64,000 nucleotides of DNA, taken from the NCBI RefSeq assembly GCF_006345805.1, contig NC_043012.1, positions 43,772,001-43,836,000 on the forward strand, read 5' to 3'. This DNA comes from Octopus sinensis. Taxonomy: Eukaryota. Numbering within the stretch: the stretch's first letter is position 1; every line of letters begins with the position of its first letter. Shown in pieces: positions 1-12,516 of this stretch. Below the pieces are notes generated by a model, which was not told the origin of the DNA, ran no database searches, and worked only from the letters and a program-made list of their open reading frames with translations. The translations under genes were made by a program, and so were the position numbers.

Positions 1-239
1 CATCATGGCCTAGATTACACCTTCACTGTTTAAAGTAGGTTAGGGTAGTTGTGTTTACAGACACTTTCACCTCTCACTCAATTTTCTTGTATGACTTAAT
101 GCTATAAAATACGTGTTTAAATTTTCATTTAGTATAGTCCAGTCTTTATATTCATTGCATCACATGAATGAGAGGTCGTCTCTCACCACGTTTCTATATT
201 CTTTTAGCTCAACCAGACAGAATGTCATCTTATTTAGGT

Positions 240-445
240 TTATCTTTATCTTTTACTTGTTTCAGTTTTAATATTGCGATAATGCTGAATTACTTGAAGA
301 ATTTTAGTCAAACGAATCGACTCCAGTACTTATTCTTTTTTCAATCTAGTACTTTTACCGGATCGCTAAGTTACGAGAACGTAAACACACCAACACCGGT
401 TGTCAAGCGGTGGTAGGAGACAAAGACACAAAGATGCAGACACAC
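240..445 (-). mobile_element. Degenerate 3' module of tRNA-derived SINE family A
   Basis: Reverse complement matches the module seen at 19200-19400 and 6630-6812 (cttgacaaccg...agaataagtactgg...actgaaacaagtaaaag). Confidence 0.6.
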
Positions 446-539
446 CACACACACACACACACACACACATACACATGTATATAGATAAATAAACATGTGT
501 GTATGTATATATACATATATATGTGAGTATATATATATA

Positions 540-574
<35 letters not shown>

Positions 575-635
575 TAGAGTGTGTGTGCGTGTGTGTGTGT
601 ATATATACATATGTATATATGTATATTATATAATA

Positions 636-1879
636 TTAGTCGTCAAGTATGAAATTTGTAGAAAAGAAGAAATGTTTGCGAATGTTTAATAAATACGAAG
701 AGTTTTATTCATCAAAGTATGCACCCATATTGTCAATACATTTTTGCCATTTCAGCGATAGCTTGTCCAGCACGGAACTGTAAAATCTTGGCAATCTAGA
801 ATCAATAAAATCTTGGAAGGCCTGTTGTCGGAATTAAATTTTTTTCCTATCAAAAAGTTATCCAAATTCTGGAAGAAGTGGTAGTCAGTGGGGGCAAGAT
901 AAAGTGGGTATGGTGGATGATGGAGACCTTCCAACTCCAACTCCTGCAGTTTTGCCAATGTAATTTTTGCGATGTGGTCTGGTGTTGTCTTGCAATAAAA
1001 TAAGAGTGGATCTGTTGACCAATCTAGGCTGTTTTTTCTTTTTCTTTTTGTAAATTTCTGCAAAGTTTGGTCCAGTTGGCTGCAGTATACTCCGGCCGTG
1101 ATTGTTGAGTCAGGTTTAAAGAAATCATAATGGATCACTCCTGCGCCAGACCACTAAACACACACTATCAGCTTCTTTTGATGAATTTTGCTTTTTGGAC
1201 TGTGATTTGGCGGCTCATCTTTATCCAATCATTGTGCTGAACATTTACGGTTGTTGTATTGGATCCATTTCTCATCACATGTTACAATTCGATTAAAAAA
1301 ATGATTCATTTTTGTGACGAGAAAGTAGCATAATGCAGGCTTCCGAATGTTGCAGTTTCTGATTTTCGTTGAGTTCATGTGGAATCCACTTATCCAACTT
1401 TTTCACTCTACCGATTTGAACTAAGTGAGTCAATTTTGTTTGCTTACCAACAACAACGATAATTAATGAGCACTTTGAGATGGATCTGACGAAACAGTTC
1501 GTTATTATTCACCTTTGCTCATTTGTAAGGTCAAAGTTACCAGAACGAGTTTGTAAATATATTCGATACTGTCTGCTGTGTAATAGCATTAGAATGAAAT
1601 ATTGCATTGATATTCCGAGCTGTCTGTGATGCTGTATTTCCAAGAAAGGACTCATATTTCAAAACTGTACAAAATTTCCGACTTATCCATCTCTAAACAA
1701 AAATAGCAAGACACGAGTTATAAATACTTTATAAAGCGCAAAATGAGTCAGAATAAGGAAATAGATGTATCAGCTTTCTAACAAAAAATAAAGATTGTCA
1801 AAATATAATAATGGCGCAAAATGAGCAGCTGTCAAAGTTTACCAGAACCTTACTAAAAATTTCATACTTGACGACCTAA
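636..1879 (-). mobile_element. Full-length decayed mariner transposon
   Basis: TIRs ttag(g)tcgtcaagtatgaaattt at both ends, TA at 634-635 and 1880-1881, ~1.24 kb. Minus-strand transposase remnants MDKSEI..., IVTCDEKWI, HPPYPLYLAPTDYHFF (ORF 752..1138), with stops and frameshifts. Confidence 0.92.
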
Positions 1880-1902
1880 TATATATATATAATATATGTG
1901 TG

Positions 1903-1946
<44 letters not shown>

Positions 1947-1965
1947 TGTGTATACACACACACAC

Positions 1966-2116
1966 GACGGGTTTCTTCTACCAAATCCGTTCACAAGGTT
2001 TTGGTCGGCCTAAAGAGTTAGTGGAAGACATTTGCTCTAGATACTGCGCAGTGGGACTGAACTGGGAACCGTGTGATCGGGAAGCAAACTTTTTATCCCA
2101 CAGCTACGTCTGCACC
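1966..2116 (-). mobile_element. tRNA-derived SINE family A, degenerate
   Basis: Reverse complement aligns by eye to the head at 18943-19110 (ggttc..cagtcccact...gtggatttggtaga). Confidence 0.7.
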
Positions 2117-2244
2117 AATATTTAAAACTTTTTGTAAAATCACGGGCTTACAATCTTTTCAGATGTGTTTGATGCTCTCTAGCTGTTTCGAAATTGTTTG
2201 GAAGCAACACATAACTGTGAATAAAATATTGCTTTTTAATTTTG

Positions 2245-2408
2245 GCACAAGGCCAGCAATTTCAGAGGAGGGTTTAAGTCGATTTCATCGATCCAAGTGT
2301 TCAACTAGCACTTATTTAATCGACGCTCAAAGGATGAAAGGCAAAGTCAACCCCGGCGGGATTTGAACTCAGACAAAATACTGCGAAGCATTCTGCACGG
2401 AGTGCTAA
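2245..2408 (-). mobile_element. tRNA-derived SINE family B, degenerate
   Basis: ggatgaaaggcaaagtcaaccccggcgggatttgaactcag matches the SINE at 41869-42101. Confidence 0.75.
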
Positions 2409-2587
2409 TTATTAGCTCTAAACCATTAGTAAATTCATAAGTCTCAAATGTAAGGTATTTGTGGTGGAGCATCAAATTGATTGAATGCTTTTCAATATCC
2501 TTCCTGTAGGGGCTTATAGGGCTTCTTTATCTAATGTTCTCTTCATTTGTTTAAGATGGTGTGATATGAGAGAAATTTGTTTAATAT

Positions 2588-2923
2588 TGTAACGCTTATT
2601 TGCCAACAGAATGTGGCAGTCCCATACAGGACGATCTTACTACAGTTTAGCCCCAGGAAAACATCTTTTCCAGCTGGCTACCGACACACAGTTTGTGTCC
2701 GTGTAGTATGAGCAAGGGAGGTTATCGCTCCCATCTCCAGCCCTCGTGATACACACACAGAACTAGGTTTCTGGGTTGTTTCCCGTCCTCGGTGCGAGAT
2801 AATCACAGGCTAGTGATGGGGGCTTATTCGACTATATACATTTTAAGCGATACACAGTCGCTGATCTCGTAAAGAGAAAAACAAACTGGTTTTAAATCTC
2901 TGGGCGAGAGATATGCCGTAACA
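2588..2923. repeat. ~340-bp dispersed repeat, solo-LTR-like
   Basis: Begins TGTAACG and ends CGTAACA; shares ttagccccagga...ccagctgg...gacacac and gtcgctgat...aaac blocks with 57817-58165. No clear TSD. Confidence 0.45.
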
Positions 2924-5642
2924 GTACCGAACAGTAAAGTTTACTTGCCAATAGAATGACTTCTGTAACGAGACATGTAGAGGAAGCAAATCAGTAGCTT
3001 CCTCGAAGTTTTCAGTCATTCTACTTGCCAAGAATGGTGATTTCACTTGCATCAGAAAGAACTACAGGTGTAATCTCACGACAAAACCAAGATGTCTTTC
3101 ATAAAGATAGATCAGTACTATCACAGGACGTTGCTCTTAAAAAAATTTTGGAAAGCTCAGGATCTCTAAAAAAAGAAGGGCACTGATTGTATTTGTGTAA
3201 TAAATACTGTTAAAAATGCATTAAATAGTGTTGAAAGAAAGGCAATGTTGAACTAAGGTATCCTAGGTATGATTGTCAAAACCATCACCAACAGATATGA
3301 AAACCCAAGAAGCTTTGTTCATAGCATATAGGGTCCAACTAATGAATTTGCAACGATGACAAAAGTCGTTCTCTAGTTCCCCTTTCGCCTTTATGATTGT
3401 AGTGGATTACGTGCATAGGAAAAGTTTTGACTCCCACTCAAGCCAAAATTCTAACTCTCAAGCAAAAGTAATCAAGTGTTAGAAGAGGCCGTCAAATCAT
3501 TAGAATTCATATAATAAACGATACATTGCGCTTCAAAGTCACTGATAGTAGAGATAAAATACCTAAAACTGGCAGAGATGATTTCGAGATGATTCACCAG
3601 TTTAGATCATACCCACCCTAACACACACAAACGCACACACGCGTGCACACACACAAACAGCAATCGGAATCTGGATCAATTTGAATATATTTTATCAAAA
3701 ATGATTAGAAATGCTAAATTTAAAAAGTACTATGACGAATTCAATTTCGAAAATAACTACCATCAGACCGACATACCCTTCCAAATCTGATGTGGAGTGA
3801 ATTAGTAAACACTTCCTGGATGGTATTATTCCATTGTTAAAGAAGAATGTCCAACTTAGCCTATGCATGAGATCTTGAGCTGTGCACGAAATTGAAAAAT
3901 AAACAGAAAACCCCAATCAACACTAAAAACTTTTTTTTTCTGCCTTTCCCTATTCAGGTTTTTGCCATAAAAACTAACCAACATAAGTAAAAAAAAAATA
4001 GAAAGAGTTACCATAATTTTACCAGCATAGAAACATTTGATGACTTTCAACGGGACTTGTTTCGGAAAACAAGACAGTACGACTTCATCATTATCATGGG
4101 ATTCTCTGAGTCAGCTCAGCTGACTGATTTAATTGGATTATACTTATTGTACCAAAAAGTATACGAATTCAATGAAATTGTGGGAGGTACGTGCAGAGTT
4201 GATACTCTCCTCATTATTATAAACGATAATTCTTCAGTCTTAGAAATACTTCGTAGGGGTTGCATAAAACCTTTAATCTTTCAATTTCTTCAACGATACT
4301 AAATAAGTTATAAACATTACATTAGACGTTGGCTTCCACTAACCATACCACAAATCTACTGTAATGTATTTAGTCACCCCAGAATAATAATTAAAAATCT
4401 TCCTTAGGATTTCTGTCAACGAGATTCTCTACTATTATAAAGCAATTACAAGGAGTGGTTTTTGAGGAGAAAATAATTAGTATACTTAATAATAAACACA
4501 AAAACAAACAAAAAATACAAGCACGCATATGTAATCAATGACTAAACAAAGAAGACAATACTGATAGATTAAATAAGAATAAAACAAAGACTGAACCCTC
4601 CACAAAATGCTGAATAACGGGTATGATAATTACCTCAATATAAAACAAACTGATAACACAAAAAACAAGTATACCATCACAATTAACCTTGGAAATGGAA
4701 AACAAAAACATTGCAATGAAGTACTGAATAATAAAACTACTAAAAAAATGGGCGTAAATATTTCCATCACTAAAATTAGTTCTAAACCTGCTAATTGTCA
4801 ACATAATTCCTACGCCTATCGGAATACTAACACTGAATACAATAATTTCGGCTATCACAGGTTACTGATATTGTAAAATATAATCATAATTTCGTAAGAC
4901 GGTCAATAATTTCGCACTTAATTTAAAAGACGCACATTTTTCTTGGGCAAAATGCAGCTTCATGGCGCTTTAGTTAAGATTAAATTAGTTACCAATTTGA
5001 AAAACTACAATCGCGATAATATATATGCATGCGTGTGTCGGTGCATACGAGCATTCGTGCGCGCGTGCATGAGTGTGTGTGTGTGTGTGTGTGTGTGTGG
5101 TGTGCGTGTGTGTGAGTGCATGTATATTTATGCAATTATTTGTGTATATGTCAAAATAGAAACTTAAGGATTGGGGGAATTTTTTTTCATACTGAATATT
5201 TCTGTGTATAGTTTCTTGGGTCATAATTAGTGTAAAGATGTGCACACATACATACATACATGCATGCATACATACATACACACACATACACATGCATGTG
5301 TGTGTGTGTGTGTGCGTGTGTGTGTGAAGTTAGCTGAGCCCATATGTCACGATACCGTGACAGCTGAGCCACATACCGACAAGTTCGGGTACAGTTCGTA
5401 AGATTCAACCTGCTGGTGACCATCGGAGGGTATTTAAAGGATAAATCCAACCATTTCACTACAGTCGTCGATTGTGGAACACGACTGTCACTATATAAAC
5501 CTAATGGTTGCATAACGCAGAAAAGTCCTACTTTGTTCCAATACTGTAAAATTGTAAGAATTACAATTAACAGAGCAGCAGTTTGAATGACATTGATTAT
5601 TATATACACAATCATACAACTTATATGTAAATATATATAAAA

Positions 5643-5765
5643 AGGCGCAGGAGTGGCAATGCGGTAAGAAATTTGCTTACCGACCGGATTCCGGGTTCAG
5701 TCCCACTGCATGGCACCTTATGAGTGGATTTGGTAGAGAAAAACTGAATGAAGCCCATCGTATAC
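5643..5765 (+). mobile_element. tRNA-derived SINE family A with internal deletion
   Basis: aggcgcaggagtggc...ggttcagtcccactgc...gagtggatttggtag, followed by (TA)n. Confidence 0.8.
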
Positions 5766-5769
5766 ATAC

Positions 5770-5803
<34 letters not shown>

Positions 5804-5808
<5 letters not shown>

Positions 5809-6608
5809 TTTTTTGCGTAATGAGATAAAAACCAAGGCTGTATAGGTATTAGAGCATTTATAGATAGAAGGTCTTACAGCTGTTTCCAGGATATTAATTA
5901 ATTATAATATCCCTTCATCGGAGACAGTGTGAGAGGAAAAATTAAGTCATAGTCAGTTTCGATGTGATACAAATAGAGAGTGAAGTGGTGGAAAGAAAAT
6001 AGATGCAAGATACGCATGGTTATTGAATTCGTAAATCCGTTTTATAGGCATCATGGTACATATGTGTAATATTCCAATATCCTTTGAGTAAAATCCAAAA
6101 GTCCAACAGAGTTTAATATGAGTCCACCCAGATGTAGAGTTTATAAGCAATGTAAGATTCTCTTAAAGTTGGTAATTCCCAACAGGGAATTTATATAGAG
6201 TGTAGTAGATTCGAGGTTTGCGTTTAAACTGACCTAGAAATAGGGAGTGTATTAGAATGGTCAATTTGAAAACAGGAAGAGAGGAATGACAAAAAAATGG
6301 TGGGGGGAGAAAAAAGAGGAGAGAAAGAAAGAATTAAAGAGAAAGAAGAAAGAAGATTAGTAAAAACAAAAAATATAATAAAGAATAAAACCCCTGATGG
6401 TATAAATAAAGGGCATAAGGAAAAGAAAAAAGAAAATTAGGATATAGGTTGGTCAGTGGTCAGTGGAGATAGTTTGAAAGGAGGGGTGGGGATAGAGATA
6501 GAAAGGTATTATAGTATAAATGATAAATGAATGGGGGTGGGTTAAGAGGTAGAGGAAGTACAAAGTGTAGTAGTAGCTTTTAATTGTGAGGCAAATATAT
6601 GAAGAATT
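5804..6608 (-). mobile_element. Penelope-like pseudo-LTR, partial tandem copy
   Basis: Direct repeat of 6970-7378 plus 8712-9027; carries a hammerhead-like motif. Confidence 0.75.
5871..5925 (-). ncRNA. Minimal type I hammerhead-like motif (U4C variant)
   Basis: Minus strand: gtct CCGATGA a gggatatt..aatatcct g GAAA cagctg TA agac; stem I gtct/agac, palindromic stem III. Confidence 0.55.
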
Positions 6609-6629
6609 TTGTATGTATGTGTATGTATG

Positions 6630-6812
6630 TGTTTGTCCCCGATGCTGGTGTATTCACGTCCCCGTAACTTAGCTGTTCAGCAAAACAGACCGATAGAATA
6701 AGTACTAGGTTTACAAAGAATAAGTCCTGGTGTCGATTTGCTCGACTAAAGGCGGTGCTCCAGCATGACCGCAGTCAAATGACTGAAACAAGTAAAAGAG
6801 TAAAAAGAGAGT
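6630..6812 (+). mobile_element. 3' module of SINE family A
   Basis: gatgctggtg...gaccgatagaataagtactagg...aaatgactgaaacaagtaaaag, as at 19200-19400. Confidence 0.75.
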
Positions 6813-6862
6813 AATATATATTTAAAAAAATATATGTATATATATATATGTGTGTGTGTGTG

Positions 6863-6971
<109 letters not shown>

Positions 6972-7036
6972 GAATTTTTTGCGTAATGAGATAAAAACCA
7001 AGGCTGTATAGGTATTAGAGCATTTATAGATGGAAG

Positions 7037-7091
7037 GTCTTACAGCTGTTTCCAGGATATTAATTAATAATAATATCCCTTCATCGGAGAC
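7037..7091 (-). ncRNA. Minimal type I hammerhead-like motif (second copy, U4C variant)
   Basis: Same layout as 5871-5925. Confidence 0.55.
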
Positions 7092-7378
7092 AGTGTGAGA
7101 GGAAAAATTAAGTCATAGTCAGTTTCGATGTGATACAAATAGAGAGTGAAGTGGTGGAAAGAAAATAGATGCAAGATACGCATGGTTATTGAATTCGTAA
7201 ATCCGTTTTATAGGCATCATGGTACATATGTGTAATATTCCAATATCCTTTGAGTAAAATCCAAAAGTCCAACAGAGTTTAATATGAGTCCACCCAGATG
7301 TAGAGTTTATAAGCAATGTAAGATTCTCTTAAAGTTGGTAATTCCCAACAGGGAATTTATATAGAGTGTAGTAGATTC

Positions 7379-7725
7379 GGATCTTTTCTAAAAGATGGAC
7401 AGAATTTCTACTTAACTAAATAATTTGAAACTTCGTATACTGGTAGAATGTGTCAAAAGAAAACATTAATTTCAATTAAGTTTTTTTGAGAAAATTGTAT
7501 TTTGTAACTTTTACGTAGTTTAATTCTTCGAATTTTAACCAATGAAATCCCAGCATTTGAGCTAAGTTCATTTGCTGCCTCTAAGTAAGCAGCACACACA
7601 CACACACGCACACGTGTTATTCATCCTTATCACTGTCTTCTGTCTTCAAAGGCTTCTCCCATGTTTATTTCAATGTCATCCCTGACTTACGGAACGATTA
7701 CCTGTGTATGTGTGTGTGTGTTTGT

Positions 7726-7756
<31 letters not shown>

Positions 7757-8430
7757 GAAGTATGTAAGTGGTGCGTTAGGCATGACTTTATAGGAAATAA
7801 CAAGACAATGCGTGGAAACCACAAAAAAAATTGATGTCCTGCGAAAGCGGAACGAATACGAACATGTTTTAAAAGTTAAAAAAAATCGTTAATATTTTTA
7901 TTGGGCGACGAAATTCATCGATTTAAGAGATACACAACACACGCACACATACACAACAAAAACACACACACACACACACACATACACAACAAATACACAC
8001 ACACATACACAACAATAACACACACACGCATACATACACAACAAAAAAACACACACACACACACACATACACAACAAATACACACACACATACACAACAA
8101 TAACACACACACACGCATACATACACAACAAAAACACACACACACACACATACACAACAAACACACACACACACATGCACAACAATAACACACACATACA
8201 CGCACACATACACAACAAAAACACACACACACATACACAACAAACACACACACACATACACAACAAACACACACACACATACACAACAATAACACACACA
8301 CACACAACAAACACACACACGCACACACATACACAGGTAATCGTTCCGTAAGTCAGGGATGACATTGAAATAAACATGGGAGATACCTTTGAAGACAGAA
8401 GACAGAAGACAGTGATAAGGATGAATAACA

Positions 8431-8493
<63 letters not shown>

Positions 8494-8703
8494 CTTACTT
8501 AGAGGCAGCAAATGAACTTAGCTCAAATGCTGGGATTTCATTGGTTAAAATTCGAAGAATTAAACTACGTAAAAGTTACAAAATACAATTTTCTCAAAAA
8601 AACTAATTGAAATTAATGTTTTCTTTTGACACATTCTACCAGTATACGAAGTTTCAAATTATTTAGTTAAGTAGAAATTCTGTCCATCTTTTAGAAATGA
8701 TCC
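7379..8703. mobile_element. Non-autonomous long-TIR foldback DNA transposon (Merlin- or Mutator-like)
   Basis: Termini GGATC...GATCC, arms >300 bp, TSD gtagattc at 7371-7378 and 8704-8711. The paralog near 6207-6214 has a single gtagattc (empty site). Internal CA-rich minisatellite ~7930-8335; no ORF. Confidence 0.88.
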
Positions 8704-9364
8704 GTAGATTCGAGGTTTGCGTGACCTAGAAATAGGGAGTGTATTAGAATGGTCAAATTGAAAACAGGAAGAGAGGAAGGACAAAAAAAGGGCGGGGAGA
8801 AAAAAGAGAAGAGAAAGAAAGAATTAAAGAGAAAGAAGATTAGTAAAAATAACAAAAAATAAAATAAAGAATAAAACCCCTGAAGGTATGAATAAAGGGA
8901 ATAAGGAAAAGAAAAAAGAAAAATTAGGATATAGGTTGGTCAGTGGTCAGTGGAGATAATTTGAAAGTTGGAGTGGGGATAGAGAGAGAAATGTGTTGTA
9001 CTTGTGAGGCAAGTATACGAAGAATTAAGAAAATATCAGTGTTAATTATTCTGAGAAAATATTTATGTGAAGATGTACATACATGTATATATCAGATAAG
9101 TTACAAAGATAAGTTATAAATACAATCCTCGTGTATAATCGTTCCTACCCATGCAGTTATCTATATCCTGCTTGTGTACATGTTTACATATACCCACATG
9201 CATGCATACATGCATACCCTCACTCGTACATATATACGCGCGCATGGGGTGGTGCGTGTATAGAGGTAAACGAATATAATCAGATGGTTGCATATGTGAG
9301 AAACTAGATAGGGGTTATAAGTTAGAGTGTAAATTTATGGGTTAATGGGATTACCTAAGAATTA

Positions 9365-9890
9365 TTTCGGAAATGTACAGCATGGTCATTTTGACATTTG
9401 GATTTGTGATAGAATTTAAATGTGTGATAAAAGCGGTGGTTGTTTATCGTTATGTTTATCAAGCAGTGTTGGAGAGTTGTGCTTTAATATTTGGAGTGCC
9501 TCCTTCAGGCAAAGCTTGCAGTTTGGTAGGGAAGTCCTGACTCTATTATAGACCATGATAGAGTATAGGGTATATTTGCATTTTTGAGATGCTGTATGTG
9601 GTTGGCAAGTGTTGTAGATTTACTATGTCTATCGTATCTAAAAGAGTGGAGATGAGTGGCATATCGTTGCTTAAAATTTTTTGTTCAGCCTATGTATATG
9701 GCTGTAAAGTTGTGTAATTGGTTAAGGACTGTGCATTTGTAGATAGATTACATTATATCTTCTGCAATGGGTTTGTAGCGGGCAGGTTGTTCCAGGACGG
9801 CAATTACAATTAGGTGAACTTTGAGGACCGTGTTTAGTAACTGAGGAGGTAGTATCATCAGAAGAGAAGTTATAGAAGGGGGGATTTATA

Positions 9891-9959
<69 letters not shown>

Positions 9960-10400
9960 TATCATCATTACAAACGTTATCATTACTACTATTGTTACTG
10001 CTACTTCTGCTAATTGTCGGGGCATTAGAGATTGTGGTGGTGTTCCGGGCATTGTCAGTAGAATGTGTTGGGTTGTGGTTGTGTCCAAATGTAAGGGTAT
10101 CTATGCTAGATATGTATGTGTGTTGATTATTTGTATTAGTAGAGCTGTAGTTATGTGAGATTTTATAGCAAAGAGAGAGCTTTTGCTTATTCGAGGCTGC
10201 TACAATAGATTCAAAGTTAGGTGAATTTGAATAAGATAGTTTCAGGGTGGATCTATTAAAGATAGAGTGATATTTATGTTGTCGAGGGAAGTTAGAGTCT
10301 AGTATTCTAAAGAAGGATTTAACTAGGTTCTTAACGTTAAGTGGGAATGGTGGTGTGTACCATAAAATAGAGCGACCGCCACTTTTTTAGGGGGTCTAAA
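9365..10400 (-). pseudogene. Penelope-like ORF C-terminus (post-RT region, CNC..CP..C linker, GIY-YIG endonuclease), disrupted
   Basis: My translation: SILWYTPPFPLNVKNLVKSFFRILDSNFPRQHKYHSIFNRSTLKLSYSNSPN...; NCNCRPGTTCPLQTHCRRYNVIYKC...AIYIG*TKNFKQRYATHLHSF...STTLANHIQHLK...; stops and frameshifts. Confidence 0.85.
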
Positions 10401-10716
10401 TTGTTAGATAAATGAGTGTTATCTAACTTTTATGTAGGGTGTGTAGGGTGTTATAAATACAATCCTCGTGTATAATCGTTCCTACCCATGCAGTTATCTA
10501 TATCCTGCTTGTGTACATATATTTACATATACCCACATGCATGCATACATGCATACCCTCACTCGTACATATATACGCGCGCATGGGGGAATGCGTGTAT
10601 ATAGGTAAACGAATATAATCAGATGGTTGTATATGTGAGAAACTAGATAGGGGTTATGAGTTGGAGTGTAAATTTATGGGTTAATGGGATTACCTAAGAA
10701 TTATTTCGGAAATGTA

Positions 10717-11228
10717 AAAATGTGAAAAATCAACGAAAATGCATATTGCAAATAGTAAAAGGCTATAGCGACAAATATATACATTTAGATTGACTGAGGT
10801 AGTAATACGAGTCATAAAGGTCATTATTATGACATGATTATAAGATGATAATAAAGTAAGAGAACAAAACGAACCAATGGTTTACGCGAAGCTATTATTC
10901 ATCGTTTGAGCAACACCGGTTAATATACGGTGTCAGGTCTAATAGTTCCTGAGAAAAAAGATTATTTGTAAGGGACGTAAGTAGTTCTGGATTTAGAGAT
11001 GTGATTGGTGTAGGAAGTGCATAGGGTTAACGATGAATAGCTTCGGGTAAACCATTGGTTCGTTTTGTTCTCTTACTTTATTATCATCTCATAATCATGT
11101 GATAATAATGACCTTTATGACTCGTATTACTACCTCAGTCAATCTAAATGTATATATTTGTCGCTACCTGTCATAAATAGCCTTTTTCTATTTGCAATAT
11201 GCATTTTCGTTGATTTTTCATATTTTAC
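10717..11228. repeat. Inverted repeat, ~190-bp arms with ~120-bp spacer
   Basis: 10717-10907 is the near reverse complement of 11028-11228. Confidence 0.85.
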
Positions 11229-11259
11229 CCCTATATATGTATATATATATATATATGTA

Positions 11260-11315
<56 letters not shown>

Positions 11316-11346
11316 CAAAATAAGCAACAAGGATATCCAGATTTAA

Positions 11347-11487
11347 TGCAGTACGATCGTTTCATGCAGTACGATCGTTTCATGCAGTACGATCGTTTCA
11401 TGCAGTACGATCGTTTCATGCAACTCATCTTATTTGAACAATGCAATCATTACATCAATTTAAAATGCAGAGCAATCTTCAGCTGCA
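11347..11487 (-). ncRNA. Type I hammerhead ribozyme motif with 4x tandem 3' half, in a Penelope pLTR fragment (~11311-11610)
   Basis: Minus strand: tgcag CTGAAGA ttgc-[~50 nt]-gcat GAAA cgatcg TA ctgca; 18-nt unit tgcagtacgatcgtttca repeated four times at 11347-11418. Same family as 20393-20483. Confidence 0.75.
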
Positions 11488-12516
11488 CAAAGACATAGAA
11501 TTTAATTAAATTAGAACAGATGTACACATTAATATAATTACACCTAAAATTTCGAAGAAGTTAAGGAGATAGACAAAGAACTTGTTGTCTCCACTTCAGC
11601 ATAGAAGCTAATAAATTATCAAGAAGACTCTACATGTCATTAATTTTATTTGTTTTTATGAGGGTCAGTTTTAATTTATAGACTACTTTATCAAATCCCT
11701 GTATATCTAAGGCTGAGACAATAAAGGGCGGTATCTGTTAGGGGTTGAGCTGAGGAAGCAGACAGACGTCATAATTGGTATAGTCATGAAAATCAAGATT
11801 TATTAAAAGCAGCATCATGAGGTTTGTTAAAGGAAAACTTAAAACAAGATGCTAGCTGACAATTAAGGGGCTCGCCCACTAGCAGACCATTGATAATGGA
11901 ACAGGGGAAGTCTTATCATATAGTACTATAGTTAAATGCTTGAAACAATGTTGCTATATTGTACATAGTTAAAGTTTAGGGCTATTCAGAGGGTTATTAA
12001 GAAGAATATTTCAACAAAAGGATAGAAATTGATGAATACTTTTGAGTGTATACCAAACTTTTGCCACAATAGAGGAAAGAAATTATCCAGAAATAGTTTA
12101 ATATTTATACATATTGTACACTTAAATACTAACTCATCAGATGGTATCTGTGAATATTGATTAATTGGTATATGCTGGTATTAATAAAGGAGTATTGAGG
12201 TAAAAGAACGTTCTAATTATATATTAATAAAATTATAATCTAAGTAGTTTTTTTATAAGTAGTGAATATACCAGTACAGTTTTATATAAGCTAAGTATGA
12301 ATTTATAGAAATACAAAGATTACAAAGATTAGCTTAATTTTATGAATAATTAAAAGCAAATTATAAAATAATCAAGAAATAAAATAAAATAATCAAGTAT
12401 GGCAGAACACCATAGAAAAGGAATAAAATAGCTTAATTACTAATACTATGGTAAAGTATATCTAGCTTATTAACAACAATAGAGAAGATTTATAGAAAAA
12501 TTATATATTTATTGGT

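Noticed and set aside
4607-4876. 89-aa Asn/Lys/Thr-rich ORF
   Set aside because: Compositional ORF in very AT-rich DNA with no recognisable motif.
5325-5592. GC-richer segment that looks LTR-like
   Set aside because: No convincing terminal inverted dinucleotides with TSD, and no second copy in the window.
7898-8431. Overlapping long Cys/Val- or His/Thr-rich ORFs, and similar poly-YI, poly-VC and poly-N/L/Y ORFs throughout the window
   Set aside because: They are translations of (CA)n, (TA)n and (AAT)n micro- and minisatellites, open in many frames with no domain content.
11347-11418. Regular 18-bp repeats resembling a CRISPR array
   Set aside because: No spacers, no cas genes, eukaryotic context; explained as a duplicated ribozyme half.
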